Shown in pieces: positions 9,075 to 19,932 of a DNA stretch of 64,000 nt. The DNA is from Calditrichia bacterium (GTDB lineage Bacteria > Calditrichota > Calditrichia > RBG-13-44-9 > J075): assembly GCA_028284905.1 (NCBI GenBank), contig JANQQU010000060.1:147226-211225 (forward strand), written 5' to 3'. The notes beneath the pieces were generated by a model, which was not told where the DNA came from, made no database searches, and saw only the letters and a list, made by a program, of their open reading frames with translations. How positions within the stretch are numbered: the stretch's first letter is position 1; each line of letters opens with the position of its first letter. Position numbers and translations under genes: made by a program.

Positions 9075-10832
9075 CTACCCGGGATAACTCAAGGTCACTT
9101 TCTGCCACTCCCTCACCGAATTAATGCGATATATTTCCTTAGCCTGCTTCAGCACAAATAATGGCAAAACGGATTCTTCAATTATGCCCTTGTCTAAAAG
9201 GTATTGGCGAAAACATCCGTTTAGCAATCCGCAATCAACCGGTGGCGTGAAGAATTTGTCATTTACTTTCACAACAAGATTTCCATTGCAGAATTCGGTC
9301 AATTCACCGCTTTCATTCCACAGTAGCACATCCGCTTTGCCAGCATTTGCCTCCAGGAACTCGGTATAAACTTCTCTTCGGGTAGTTTTATGGTAGAGGA
9401 ATGGATCATTGGAAGTGATTGAGGATTCCGCAATTGCAGCGGAAAGGGCTTCTTCCATATCCGGTTCTTCCAGAGGATAGGTTTCTGTATGAAGACTGCC
9501 GTCAGAAGCGGCAAGCAGCCTGATACGATATTGCGTTTCAGCAAACTCTTCCGTCAATCGCTCCAGTTCCGCCAAGACTGCATTTTCATCGAATACAAAA
9601 TCGAAGAACAACGCGCTTTCCGCCATACGCTGTAAGTGATACTGCAGGAGATAAAATCCATCTTTGACGGACCAACGCAAGGTTTCCAGGAGTGAAAAGT
9701 TACGTTGGAAAGGCTTGCGAATTGCCGCGGATTTCAAGCGACATTCCTCGTATTCCTTCTCCGCCAGGGAATCCCAAACGATGCCGCTGCCAGCGCCGTA
9801 AGTTAATGTTTTATCTAATTTTCGCACCAAAGCAGTTCGGATTGCAACATTAAATTGCGCATCTCCCTGCGGCGTGATAAAACCGATGTTTCCGGTGTAA
9901 ATATTCCGCTCAGATGTCTCCAGGTCATTGATAATCTCCATCGTTCGGATCTTCGGTGCGCCGGTGATTGATGCACATGGAAAAAGCGCCCGGAAAATAT
10001 CGGTAATGCCGGCGTCGCTCTCCGCCTGTACCGTTGAGGTCATCTGCCAGAGCGTCGGGTATTTTTCGGCAACAAAAGCTTCGATTACCTGAACACTGCC
10101 GACGTCAGCGATTCGGCCAAGATCATTGCGTAACATATCAACAATCATCGCATTTTCAGCGCGTTCCTTTTCCGACGCCAAAAGCTGCTCCCTGGCACGC
10201 AAATCAGCCTCCCGGTTAATACCGCGATGTGCAGTGCCTTTCATAGGTCGGGTAATTAACTGTCGCCCATTCTTTGTAAAAAAAAGTTCCGGAGAGGCCG
10301 AGCAGATATAATAATCCGGTAAATTCAGGAAAGCACCATAAACTGCATTGGCAGACATTCCTCGAAAAAGTTGCCAGGGATCATCATCCAAAATTCCCTG
10401 AAAGCGCAAAGTGTAATTCACCTGGTAGGTATCTCCCTCGGCGATAAAAGCCTTGATCCGCTCAATTGACCAGAGATAATCTTCAGCCGAAGTGTCCAGT
10501 TGCAGCTCCCGCGGCACCACGACTTTATCACTCTCGATGACTGCGGCAGGAACGATTTCAGGGGATTCATAAATACCAAACCATAATAGCGGCAGGTTAT
10601 CATCGGGAGGATATGTTACAAAGGATTTATCAAACGCAGCGGCAGCTTCGTAGGTAAGGAAGCCTGCTGCATAACGATTGTTGGCGGAATGATTTTCAAC
10701 CCGTTGAAGGCAGTTTACAACCTCATCGAGCCGGGTGGTCTGCACAATTTCAACCGGTGAAGAAAAGTGCCACCAGCAGGATTGCCGGGCGTTGTAAATG
10801 AGAAGACTATTTGTTTCTGGCTGCTTGTTCAT
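9075..10832 (-). CDS. pabB: Fused aminodeoxychorismate synthase component I / ADC lyase (PabB-PabC)
   Basis: GDTYQVNYT, SASPELFF, PMKGT, ENAMIVDMLRND, SITGAPK, NVAIRT. C-terminal aminotransferase class IV domain (LLETL, HLQR, HKTT, GLLNGCFR). Confidence 0.9.
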   Translation of the reverse strand: MNKQPETNSLLIYNARQSCWWHFSSPVEIVQTTRLDEVVNCLQRVENHSANNRYAAGFLTYEAAAAFDKSFVTYPPDDNLPLLWFGIYESPEIVPAAVIESDKVVVPRELQLDTSAEDYLWSIERIKAFIAEGDTYQVNYTLRFQGILDDDPWQLFRGMSANAVYGAFLNLPDYYICSASPELFFTKNGRQLITRPMKGTAHRGINREADLRAREQLLASEKERAENAMIVDMLRNDLGRIADVGSVQVIEAFVAEKYPTLWQMTSTVQAESDAGITDIFRALFPCASITGAPKIRTMEIINDLETSERNIYTGNIGFITPQGDAQFNVAIRTALVRKLDKTLTYGAGSGIVWDSLAEKEYEECRLKSAAIRKPFQRNFSLLETLRWSVKDGFYLLQYHLQRMAESALFFDFVFDENAVLAELERLTEEFAETQYRIRLLAASDGSLHTETYPLEEPDMEEALSAAIAESSITSNDPFLYHKTTRREVYTEFLEANAGKADVLLWNESGELTEFCNGNLVVKVNDKFFTPPVDCGLLNGCFRQYLLDKGIIEESVLPLFVLKQAKEIYRINSVREWQKVTLSYPG

Positions 10833-10899
10833 CCACCTGCTTTCCTTAAAATCCGGGCGTAATATAAGCGATCTATTCCGGACAGAAAGCTAAAAAATG

Positions 10900-11193
10900 G
10901 TTCTCTGACATATTTTGTGATCAAGTATTATTCGTAATACCTTATATGTAACCCTTTCAGGGTAAAACGCTTTCGGGGATTTTAACCGTGGGCTGGTAAG
11001 ACTTTCAGCCCACGGTTAAAACCTGTAACCGCTTTGCGGTAAAAATACGCCGAAGGCGTTGCATATCTCAACCGGGGGGCATGCGTGAGCCCCCCGGTTG
11101 AGATAAAACTTTTTTACCAACCCTGAAGGGGTTACAGAGTTTTTTTGTTAAATATTGTCAGTAAATACATTTTCACAAAATTTGTCAAAACAC
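10900..11193. repeat. Nested palindromic REP/REPIN- or MITE-like element
   Basis: Outer imperfect 21-bp inverted repeat (10900-10920 / 11173-11193, 17/21). Four TG(T/C)AAC-led short hairpins (10947-63 and 11024-40 forward; 11047-63 and 11120-36 reverse). Two perfect long stems (10980-11021, 16 bp; 11064-11105, 17 bp). Confidence 0.8.
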
Positions 11194-11202
11194 GAAAAAC
11201 TT

Positions 11203-12465
11203 TTAACGGCTATAGCGATCGACAGCAAGCATGGAAATGTCCATTCCGGTTTTTCCATCGTTGATAATTTCCGAAACTAATTTCCCGGAAATCGGTGCGG
11301 TAGACATCCCAATCATCGCATGACCGGCTGCAATTGTCAGATTGAAAAACTTCTTGCTGCGCCCGATATAAGGCAATCCATCCGGTGAGCATGGTCGAAG
11401 GCCTGCCCAAATTTGGGCATCTTCCAGCATCACCGGCTCATTTTTGATATATTGGGGCACTGCCCGAAGTATGGCACGAATCCGCCGGCGGTTAATACTC
11501 AAATCATTTCCTGCTAGCTCCATTGTGCCGGCCAGGCGAAGGTTTTCTCCCATCGGGGTTACAGCCACTTTCGCTTCTGCGAGCAACAGCGGATAACGCG
11601 GCTTAACATCCGTTCGATAAGTTACGCTATATCCTTTTCCGGCTTGCATCGGAATGCTAATGTCGAGAGATTTTACCAATTCCTCAGACCAGACGCCACC
11701 CGCGACGACAACTTCATCAGCGCTAAAATTTCCCCGGCTTGTTTCAACCTCGGCGATTCGCTTATTACTGGTAAGCAATCCCGTTACTTCAGTATCAGGG
11801 AGAATTACCACGCCTTCCTGCCGCAGCCACTCCAACAATCCCTGATTGAACTTCGCAGGTGTAAAATGCGCATCTTCCTCTAAAAAGGCACCACCTTTGG
11901 CCAGACAATTCATCGCCGGGTCAATGGTGCGAATTTCTTCCTGCGTCTTCATGATTGCGTTTAAACCGACTTCACGCGCACCTTCCACCATTTCGATGCA
12001 TTCCCGATAGCCTTTGTCGCCAAGATAGAGGAGAAATAACCCCAGTTTTTCCAGGTCGAAATTTACCGGTAAAACCTCCTCCAGTTCATCGAATAATGAC
12101 CGGCTGGCCATATTTAAATTGCGCAGCAAAGGCATGGAGCGTTGCACGTGTGCTTCGTTGCAGGAGCGGCTAAATTTCCAAAGCCAGGAAAGCAGGTCGC
12201 TGTTAAAACGTGGTTTGATATAAAAAGGGCTTTCAGGATTGAACATCCATTTCAGACCCTGGGTAATCACCCCGGGCGCGGCAAGGGGCACAAAGTGGCT
12301 GGGGACGATTAACCCGGCGTTGCCAGATGAACATCCATCGGCAATTCCCCCTTTTTCCAGAATTGTAACTTTACAACCGGATTTTTTTAGATAGTAAGCT
12401 GCGCAGAGCCCCACTGCGCCACTGCCGACTATTACGACATCGGTTTGCTCCATATATTTCTCCAC
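11203..12465 (-). CDS. FAD-dependent D-amino acid dehydrogenase, probably allo-4-hydroxy-D-proline dehydrogenase
   Basis: VVIVGSGAVG dinucleotide-binding fold, SSGNAG, GKGYS, WAGLRPCSPDGLP, GHAMIG. Directly downstream of the epimerase. Confidence 0.85.
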   Translation of the reverse strand: MEKYMEQTDVVIVGSGAVGLCAAYYLKKSGCKVTILEKGGIADGCSSGNAGLIVPSHFVPLAAPGVITQGLKWMFNPESPFYIKPRFNSDLLSWLWKFSRSCNEAHVQRSMPLLRNLNMASRSLFDELEEVLPVNFDLEKLGLFLLYLGDKGYRECIEMVEGAREVGLNAIMKTQEEIRTIDPAMNCLAKGGAFLEEDAHFTPAKFNQGLLEWLRQEGVVILPDTEVTGLLTSNKRIAEVETSRGNFSADEVVVAGGVWSEELVKSLDISIPMQAGKGYSVTYRTDVKPRYPLLLAEAKVAVTPMGENLRLAGTMELAGNDLSINRRRIRAILRAVPQYIKNEPVMLEDAQIWAGLRPCSPDGLPYIGRSKKFFNLTIAAGHAMIGMSTAPISGKLVSEIINDGKTGMDISMLAVDRYSR

Positions 12466-12501
12466 TCAAATCAATCCCGCAAAACGGGAAGCCAGACGTC
12501 A

Positions 12502-13503
12502 TTAAACGACTTGAAAACCATGTGCATAAGGGTCGTCATCGTCGATAAATATCGTATTAATACCGGTAACTTTCGCCCATCCTTCGATGCTGGGAATAAT
12601 TGCCGGTTTTTCACCGACCATGGTTTCATCTTCAACTTTGCCCCGAAAAAGACTGCCAATAATGCTTTCATGAACAAAAGACTCGCCCTTTTTTAATTTC
12701 CCCTTTGCTGCCCACTGCGCCATTCTCGCTGAAGTCCCGGTACCACAAGGAGAACGGTCAATCGCTTGATCTCCATAAAACACCGCATTGCGGGCATCGG
12801 CTTCGTCAGTTTTCGGTTTCCCCGTCCATTGAATATGGCTAAGGCCGCAGATGGTTTCATTCTCCGGATGCACAAAGGAATACTTCTCATTCAGCGATTT
12901 CCTGAGGATAGGACTTAGCCGCAACAGATCTCCGACGGTCAGTTCGGCCATATCCGGTAATTTTTCCTGGGCATCTACAATCGCATAAAAGTTGCCACCA
13001 TAAGAGACATCGACCTTTAAAGTGCCAATACCGGGACATTCCACTGTCAAGTCGGTAGCCTCCAGGAAAGAGGGAATATTGACAATCCGTACAGACTGCA
13101 CTTTATTGCCCTTTTTCTGATAGTAAGCATCCACACGCCCTGCCGGCGTATCCAGTCGCAACAGACCTTCATTCTTTGGCGTTACCAGCCCTCTTTCAAT
13201 CAGAACCGTCACAGTGCCAATTGTGCCATGGCCACACATGGGTAAACAACCGCTGGTTTCAATAAAAAGAATCGCCACATCGCAATCGGGACGCGTAGAC
13301 GGGTAGATAATGCTGCCGGACATCATATCATGCCCGCGGGGCTCGAACATTAAGCCGGTACGTACCCAGTCATAATCTGACAGAAAGTGCTGCCGCCGCT
13401 CGCTCATGCTACTGCCTTCCAGAAAAGGACCACCTCCGGCGACGACCCGAACTGGATTACCACAGGTATGGGCATCAACACAAAAATAGGTATGACTTGC
13501 CAT
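12502..13503 (-). CDS. lhpA: 4-hydroxyproline 2-epimerase (proline racemase family)
   Basis: DAHTCGNP, EPRGHDMMSG, ETSGCLPMCGH and DRSPCGTG; both catalytic Cys are present. Confidence 0.9.
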   Translation of the reverse strand: MASHTYFCVDAHTCGNPVRVVAGGGPFLEGSSMSERRQHFLSDYDWVRTGLMFEPRGHDMMSGSIIYPSTRPDCDVAILFIETSGCLPMCGHGTIGTVTVLIERGLVTPKNEGLLRLDTPAGRVDAYYQKKGNKVQSVRIVNIPSFLEATDLTVECPGIGTLKVDVSYGGNFYAIVDAQEKLPDMAELTVGDLLRLSPILRKSLNEKYSFVHPENETICGLSHIQWTGKPKTDEADARNAVFYGDQAIDRSPCGTGTSARMAQWAAKGKLKKGESFVHESIIGSLFRGKVEDETMVGEKPAIIPSIEGWAKVTGINTIFIDDDDPYAHGFQVV

Positions 13504-13532
13504 ATTTCCTCACATAAAATCTGCTGGTGCCA

Positions 13533-14201
13533 TCAGGCATTCAGCAATGTTGTTCGCGTGAACTCACTTAAATAGTCGATTAAGGCATCCGATACCGCTT
13601 CAGCAACATTCTCTTCGCCAGAGGCGACAGCAGTCATTAATTCGGCATGTAGATTCGCCACTTTATTCAAATCACCGTCATTTTGATAATAATACCAAAA
13701 GCGGCGGCAATGTGCATGTAGCGGCGCCAGTGCCTGAATTGCAAAAGGGTTTCGACAGGCGGCGGCAAGGATCTCATCACAAAGGCGATCCTTGCGCAGG
13801 AATTCGGAAAGATCATTCTCTTTAGCGGCGCGAACCATTGTTGGTGCGCATTCACGGAGGGTATTTCGTTGTTCCGGCGTTGCCAGCCGGGCTGCCCGGG
13901 CTGCCACCAGCTTATCCAGTACCCGGCGGGTTTCCAGCAACGTCAGTTGCTCTCCGATATTGATATCTGTAACCATCATACCACGGCGTGGGATGGCGAC
14001 AACGAGGCGATCATACGACAAACGCTGCAATGCTTCCCGCACAGGTGTTCTGCCAATATTCAGTGCTTGATGCAGTTCGGCTTCTGAAAAAACCTTGCCC
14101 GGGGGCAGGGCAAGTGTTACGATCATCTCTTCAATGAGATTATACGCTCTATCCGCCAAGCTTTCAGCAGATAAACCTTGTTGTGATTTAACAATATTCA
14201 C
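13533..14201 (-). CDS. GntR/FadR-family transcriptional regulator
   Basis: wHTH with IGRTPVREALQRL and PRRG, followed by an FCD domain. Confidence 0.92.
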   Translation of the reverse strand: MNIVKSQQGLSAESLADRAYNLIEEMIVTLALPPGKVFSEAELHQALNIGRTPVREALQRLSYDRLVVAIPRRGMMVTDINIGEQLTLLETRRVLDKLVAARAARLATPEQRNTLRECAPTMVRAAKENDLSEFLRKDRLCDEILAAACRNPFAIQALAPLHAHCRRFWYYYQNDGDLNKVANLHAELMTAVASGEENVAEAVSDALIDYLSEFTRTTLLNA

Positions 14202-14279
14202 TCAGCAATCCTTTAAGCCCGTTGCAATATTCGTCAGTCATTAATGCACCGGAAAATAATCGCGCGGGGCCGTTATGTC

Positions 14280-14313
14280 AAACCGGAAATTATCTGAAAA
14301 CAATTTCCGGTTT
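14280..14313 (-). terminator. Intra-operon hairpin between the deaminase and gntR
   Basis: aaaccggaaatt / aatttccggttt 12-bp stem just after the stop codon at 14319; only a short U-tail on the minus strand. Confidence 0.5.
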
Positions 14314-14318
14314 TTTTA

Positions 14319-15227
14319 TTAATAGCGGGAAAGGTCTGGTCGCACAGCCAAAGCATCACGAATAACCTTTTCCACGTGCTTCCGTTCTTCTCCAACAAGA
14401 GCAAGCCGTGGCGGACGCACCCGGTCGTTTCCGCAACCGACGATTTCTTCTGCCAATTTGATGTTCTGCACCAATTTCGTGGAGACATCCAGATGAAGCA
14501 GCGGCATAAACCAGCGGTAAATTTCACGAGCTTCCTTAACACGGCCCGCCATCGCTAATTCGTAAATTTTAACTGTTTCTTTCGGAAAGGCGCAAACAAG
14601 ACCGGCGACCCATCCGACAGAACCCATCAGAATGCTTTCGAAAGCGATATTATCTACACCGCAAAAAATTTGATAGCGTTCCGTGCCAACGATATTAATA
14701 ATATCGGTTACCCGGCGAATATTATCGGAAGATTCCTTGATTGAAGTGAATTTAGGCTCTTCAGCCAATTCCGCAAACATTTCCGGTGTCACATCTACCG
14801 TATAAGCGACCGGATTATTGTAGATCATAATCGGCAGGTCGGAAGCGGCAGCGATTGTCCGCAGATACTGCATTGTTTCCCGGCGATCCGAAGGATAGCG
14901 CATTGGCGGTAAAACCATCAAGCCATCCGCCCCTTCTTTTTCGGCACGGCTGGCGAAAGTACAAGCATCGACAGTGGAAGCTTCTGCCAATGTTAAAATA
15001 ACCGGCACCTTGCCACTACTAACCGACTTGGCGACCTGAAAAACCTCGAATTTTTCATCCATGGTAAGCGTGCTATTCTCTCCCAAAGAACCACAACAAA
15101 TAAGGCCGTGCACCCCACCCTCGAGTTGATAATTAAAACCACGCTCCATTTCTGCATGATCGAGACTAAAATCTTCTTTAAACTTGGTTGTTACTGCCGG
15201 ATAAACACCTGCCCATTTTCCACTCAT
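14319..15227 (-). CDS. DHDPS-family enzyme, probably 1-pyrroline-4-hydroxy-2-carboxylate deaminase
   Basis: GSLGE instead of the DapA GTTGE, IYNNP, IKESS, GWVAGL; located in a hydroxyproline cluster. Confidence 0.85.
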   Translation of the reverse strand: MSGKWAGVYPAVTTKFKEDFSLDHAEMERGFNYQLEGGVHGLICCGSLGENSTLTMDEKFEVFQVAKSVSSGKVPVILTLAEASTVDACTFASRAEKEGADGLMVLPPMRYPSDRRETMQYLRTIAAASDLPIMIYNNPVAYTVDVTPEMFAELAEEPKFTSIKESSDNIRRVTDIINIVGTERYQIFCGVDNIAFESILMGSVGWVAGLVCAFPKETVKIYELAMAGRVKEAREIYRWFMPLLHLDVSTKLVQNIKLAEEIVGCGNDRVRPPRLALVGEERKHVEKVIRDALAVRPDLSRY

Positions 15228-15254
15228 GACGTTCTCCTATTATTAATATTTAAT

Positions 15255-15295
15255 TGATATACTTGTAATATATCAGCAACAAGAAAACTTGTCAA
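15255..15295 (-). promoter_or_regulatory. Sigma70 promoter with overlapping palindromic GntR-type operator
   Basis: Minus strand TTGACA(15295-15290)-N17-TATATT with TG extension. Perfect palindrome TGATATA-N7-TATATCA at 15255-15275 covers the -10 box. Confidence 0.7.
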
Positions 15296-15327
15296 GGAGA
15301 TTATTCCCTTTTTTGAAAAGAATGGAT

Positions 15328-18300
15328 TTACTTGGAATTATTTGAGTTAAGAGACAGTTTTTCGATTTGCCGCTTGAGAGCGCCAGCCAGTTCTTCTGCA
15401 TTAATCGGCTTGGAGATATAGTCATCCATGCCGGCTTCGATACACTTTTCCCGGTCCCCTTTCATGGCGTGGGCCGTCATAGCAATTATAGGAATCGTAT
15501 GGTTAAGGACATGCGATCCGGGATTTCGAATCACCTTTGTTGCCTGGTACCCATCCATCTCTGGCATTTGAACATCCATCAACACCAGATCGTAGGGAAT
15601 CGTTTCCAGTGCTGTCACCGCTTCCCTTCCGTTAAACGCGACGTCGGCAGTCAACCCCAGCTTCTCCAGCATTTTCAGGGCAACTTTTTGATTCACGGCA
15701 TTGTCTTCAACCAATAAAAGGCGAGTTTTTCGGCGGCGCTCTTCGGCGAGTGAATGGCGGGTAATAATCGGCTCGCTGACATCGACCAATTCTGTATTTT
15801 TATTACGAATAACAGCTTCGATACAATCAAACAGCTGCATATGTTTAATCGGCTTTAACAGATAGGCGGAGAAACCAATGGTCTTCAGCTTGCCGGCATC
15901 TCCCCGCTCCCCTACTGAGGTTAGCATGACCATAATTGTTTCTTTTAATTGCGCATCCTGCTTTACCAGTTCCCCAAGAGATTTTCCATCAATCTCCGGC
16001 ATAAGCATGTCGGTAATGACAATATGAAATGGATCATTGTCGTTTGCGGCAGCCTTCAGTTTTTCCAGCGCCTCGCTGGCACTGGCAGCTTCATCGTATC
16101 TGCATCCAAACAACTTCAGCTGTTCCCGCAATACAAAGCGGTTGATCTCATAATCGTCAACAAGCAAAATGTGCTGCTCCCTTACCTGGTCCATGTATTC
16201 ACGATCCAGCTTTCGAGGCTGCGTTTGCTTTTCAAACTTACTGGTGAAAGTAAATGTCGATCCTTTCCCGACTTCACTTTCAACCGCAACGCCTCCTTCC
16301 ATCATCTCCACCAATTGCCGGACGATGCTTAGTCCAAGGCCGGTGCCTCCATATTTCCGGGTTGTGGAAGTATCCACCTGAGAGAAGGATTTAAATAGAC
16401 GATCCATGCGTTCCGGCGGAATACCGATACCGGTATCGCTTACGGAAAACTCCAATATCGCATGTTCTTTAGTCTCCTCTTTCAGACGGACAGTCAGGAC
16501 GACCTCTCCCCCACTTTCAGTGAATTTCACTGCATTGTTGGTCAGGTTGATGAGAATCTGCTTCAGGCGCCCCGGGTCACCTTTCAGATAAGATGGCACA
16601 TCATGATAAACCAGCGAAGCAAAACGGATACCTTTCTCAAAGGTTTTTAGAGCAAACAGATCACTGATATTTTCCAGAGTTACCCGCAGGTCAAAATCCA
16701 GTGTTTCCAGCTCCAGCTTTCCGGCTTCAATTTTCGAAAAATCCAGAATGTCGTTAATTATCGTCAGCAGATTGTCTGCGCTGGTTCTTACCACTTCCAG
16801 ATACTCCTGCTGTTCGGATGTCAGCGGGCTATCACCGAGCAGGTTTGTCATTCCGACAATACCATTCAATGGGGTGCGAATCTCATGACTCATATTGGCC
16901 AGGAATTCACTTTTTGCCTGCGTTGCAGCTTCGGCAACTTCTTTCGCCACTTTTAATTCCTGATTTGCCGCCCGAAGCTCGGCAGTACGTCCCTCGACCC
17001 GTACTTCCAGCCGCCTGTTTTGTGCTCGAATCAGCTGTGTGCGGTAAAGGTATGCGCCATACACGATTAATCCCAGCAAGAGTAAGAAGCTTATGCGAAA
17101 CCACCACGTCAGCCAAAACGGCGGTGTGACCTGAATTTTTATAGCGGTCCCGGCATCATTCCAGTGCATATCGCTGTTAGACCCTTTCACCCGGAAGGTA
17201 TATTCGCCATGGGGCAGATTGGTATATGTCGCATACTGGCGATTTTCAACATGATTCCACTCTTCCTCAAACCCTTCCATAATGAAAGCGTATTGGTTTT
17301 TTTCCGGTGCAGAATAATCCAAAGCGGCAAACTCGAAAGTTACGACATTATCCTTGTATGAGAGGGTGACTTCATCGGTTAGAGAAATGACCTGATCCAG
17401 CAACTTGCGGCCGTCCCGCAATGCGATTCCCGGTTGCACCGGGCGGTTAAATATCCGTAGTTCGGTAATAACCACCGGCGGCATAAACCGATTATCAGAA
17501 ATGCTGTCGGGATAAAACCGGCTAAACCCATTCATGCCGCCAAAGAAAAACTCGCCCAGTTCATTTTGTTGATATGCCAGATTAAACTCATTACTCTGCA
17601 AACCATCTGCGGCATAGTAATTTTTAATTTGACGAGATTCCGGGTCGAGGCGCGCCATGCCAGCATTTGTTGTCATCCAGATATTGCCATCGGCATCATC
17701 AAGGATGCCAAAAACTGAATTATTCGGTAATCCATCGGCAGTTGTATAATATGTGAAAGTGCCTTCATCCCGGTTGAATAAATTTATGCCCCCATCTTCA
17801 GTGCCGATCCAGAGGCGTTGGGACCGATCTTCATAGATCGACATTATGGCATCGGAACTGATGGAAGTGGGGTCATCCGGATTATTCGTAAAACAATCAA
17901 CTCGTCCACTTTCCCGGTCCAGCCGGCACAACCCGCTTCCCCAGGTACCCACCCAAAGCTCTCCTTGCGAATCTTCGTAAATAGCAAGTATTGCATTACT
18001 GCCGAGCACTTTCGCTTCTCCGGAAAGATTGTTAAACCGATGAAATCGTCCGGAGCCATAGTCATAACGGTTCAGCCCTGCCAACGTCCCTACCCATAAA
18101 TTGCGCTGACGATCTTCATGCATCGAATAAATGGTATTATGTTGCAAGCTATACGGATTCGCAGGATTATGATAAAAAGTGCTAAACTTTTCCTGGCTCT
18201 CGTCAAGCATATTCAAACCATTGGCAGTACCAACCCAAACTCTCCCAAGATAGTCTTGAGTAATGTACCAAACCCGGTTATTGCTTATGCTTCCCGGTTG

Positions 18301-19581
18301 TCGGGGGTTATAGCGATAGTTCTTAAATGAATTATCTTTACTATTAAACTGGCTAATGCCTCCCAGGGTGCCCAACCAGAGCATTTCACTGCGGCGCGTA
18401 TCGCCATGCATTGTGTATACACGGTTATCCACCAGGCTGTTCTCATTTCGTGGATCATTCCGGTAGGTCCGAAAACTTTTCAGCGTTCGGTTGAACTTGT
18501 TCAAGCCACCGCCAAAAGTGCCAACCCACATCACCCCGGAACGATCTTCAAAAACCACAAAAGCCAAATCGCTGCTAAGGCTGTAAAATTTTTCCGATGA
18601 GTATTGGTAATTGTCATAGTTCCCATTAGATCTATTAAAAGCAACCAACCCCTTTTCTGTTGCCAGCCAAAGCGTTCCCAGGTGATCTTCGAAAATGTCT
18701 CGTATCGTATTATGTGCAAGGCTTTTCGGGTGATCCGGATGAAGGAATTGATAAAATTTTCCTGCCGCCCGATCGAACCAACAAAGGCCACCTCCACCGG
18801 TGCCAATCCAAAGTTTACCGTCCTGGTCTTCGAAGATTGAGTAAACAACATTATTGCTCAAACCAAACGGTGCATTCGGTTTGTAGTCATAATTCCGCAC
18901 TACATTCCGTGATGGCTCGACAACACTCAGGCCAGATTCCGTTCCTACCCAAATTGCCCCGTCCCTGTCTTCGTATACGACTCGCACCCGATTTCCAACA
19001 ATACTCAAACTGCTTTCAGGATTGTGCATAAACCGTTGTATTTTTCCACTCTCGCGGTCGAGGCGATTCAGACCATACAGGGTGCCGATCCAAATATCAC
19101 CGTTTTTATCCCGGAGAACAGAAGTGACCCGGTTGTTACTGAGGCTGGTTGAATCCCGTGGATCATTGGCGTAATTAATAAACTGTTGCCGGGAATAATC
19201 AAAATGACTGACCCCATTACTCCAGGTACCGATCCACAAACTACCGGAAGGATCGACGGCAATCGACTGAATATTATTGCCGGCAAGGCTGGCCGGATTT
19301 CCGGCTTCGCTGCGATAAACCTGGAAGCGAACGCCATCATAACGATTCAGTCCATCCTGTGTACCGAACCACATAAACCCAAGGCTATCCTGGGCAATAC
19401 AGCTAACCGAGCTCTGAGAAAGGCCATCCTCAATTAATATTTTCTGGAATTTTATATCCGGAGCGGCATGCAATACCACAGAGAATAACAGCAAGACTGC
19501 ATATATATAGCATGAAGAAACCACACGATTACAGAACGCAGTATTTTTGACATAAAGATTGTAATGGTGAAGCAAATGCAC
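15328..19581 (-). CDS. Hybrid sensor histidine kinase: periplasmic beta-propellers, Y_Y_Y, HisKA, HATPase and two receiver domains
   Basis: Many D-x-x-G-x-x-W-x-G-T propeller repeats; [15 protein letters not shown] helix; [29 protein letters not shown]; receivers ITDMLMP and LMDVQMP. Start codon uncertain. Confidence 0.93.
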   Translation of the reverse strand: MHLLHHYNLYVKNTAFCNRVVSSCYIYAVLLLFSVVLHAAPDIKFQKILIEDGLSQSSVSCIAQDSLGFMWFGTQDGLNRYDGVRFQVYRSEAGNPASLAGNNIQSIAVDPSGSLWIGTWSNGVSHFDYSRQQFINYANDPRDSTSLSNNRVTSVLRDKNGDIWIGTLYGLNRLDRESGKIQRFMHNPESSLSIVGNRVRVVYEDRDGAIWVGTESGLSVVEPSRNVVRNYDYKPNAPFGLSNNVVYSIFEDQDGKLWIGTGGGGLCWFDRAAGKFYQFLHPDHPKSLAHNTIRDIFEDHLGTLWLATEKGLVAFNRSNGNYDNYQYSSEKFYSLSSDLAFVVFEDRSGVMWVGTFGGGLNKFNRTLKSFRTYRNDPRNENSLVDNRVYTMHGDTRRSEMLWLGTLGGISQFNSKDNSFKNYRYNPRQPGSISNNRVWYITQDYLGRVWVGTANGLNMLDESQEKFSTFYHNPANPYSLQHNTIYSMHEDRQRNLWVGTLAGLNRYDYGSGRFHRFNNLSGEAKVLGSNAILAIYEDSQGELWVGTWGSGLCRLDRESGRVDCFTNNPDDPTSISSDAIMSIYEDRSQRLWIGTEDGGINLFNRDEGTFTYYTTADGLPNNSVFGILDDADGNIWMTTNAGMARLDPESRQIKNYYAADGLQSNEFNLAYQQNELGEFFFGGMNGFSRFYPDSISDNRFMPPVVITELRIFNRPVQPGIALRDGRKLLDQVISLTDEVTLSYKDNVVTFEFAALDYSAPEKNQYAFIMEGFEEEWNHVENRQYATYTNLPHGEYTFRVKGSNSDMHWNDAGTAIKIQVTPPFWLTWWFRISFLLLLGLIVYGAYLYRTQLIRAQNRRLEVRVEGRTAELRAANQELKVAKEVAEAATQAKSEFLANMSHEIRTPLNGIVGMTNLLGDSPLTSEQQEYLEVVRTSADNLLTIINDILDFSKIEAGKLELETLDFDLRVTLENISDLFALKTFEKGIRFASLVYHDVPSYLKGDPGRLKQILINLTNNAVKFTESGGEVVLTVRLKEETKEHAILEFSVSDTGIGIPPERMDRLFKSFSQVDTSTTRKYGGTGLGLSIVRQLVEMMEGGVAVESEVGKGSTFTFTSKFEKQTQPRKLDREYMDQVREQHILLVDDYEINRFVLREQLKLFGCRYDEAASASEALEKLKAAANDNDPFHIVITDMLMPEIDGKSLGELVKQDAQLKETIMVMLTSVGERGDAGKLKTIGFSAYLLKPIKHMQLFDCIEAVIRNKNTELVDVSEPIITRHSLAEERRRKTRLLLVEDNAVNQKVALKMLEKLGLTADVAFNGREAVTALETIPYDLVLMDVQMPEMDGYQATKVIRNPGSHVLNHTIPIIAMTAHAMKGDREKCIEAGMDDYISKPINAEELAGALKRQIEKLSLNSNNSK

Positions 19582-19932
19582 TTTTTCTACATCTCCTGTC
19601 CGAAAGCGCCATCATTTGTTGGAATTGTAACTCTACAAGTATATTATTCGCAGACTGTTAAATCAAATATATTTTCGCAGGTGCAAATTAATTTTTAACT
19701 CGGGGCGCTGTAGAATCTTTTTTATCTTGACTTTAGTGACAGACTTCTTTAAGTAAAATGCTTCTATTGAGATTCGTTTTAATAATATTGCAACAGGATT
19801 TCAACAAGACTTTCAGATTTTATTTCACTGGATTTTCCTCATTAAGATATGGCCGCATTGTTATTTTCATTTGATTTATCTCATGATAATTTTTTCCGGC
19901 AACAGAAAATGGAGTTGGTAGCGAACTAAACC

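Noticed and set aside
10947..11136. CRISPR array
   Set aside because: The units are inverted relative to each other, diverge in sequence, lack regular unique spacers, and there are no cas genes.
14319..15227. Lysine-biosynthetic dapA
   Set aside because: GSLGE rather than GTTGE, and the context is hydroxyproline catabolism.
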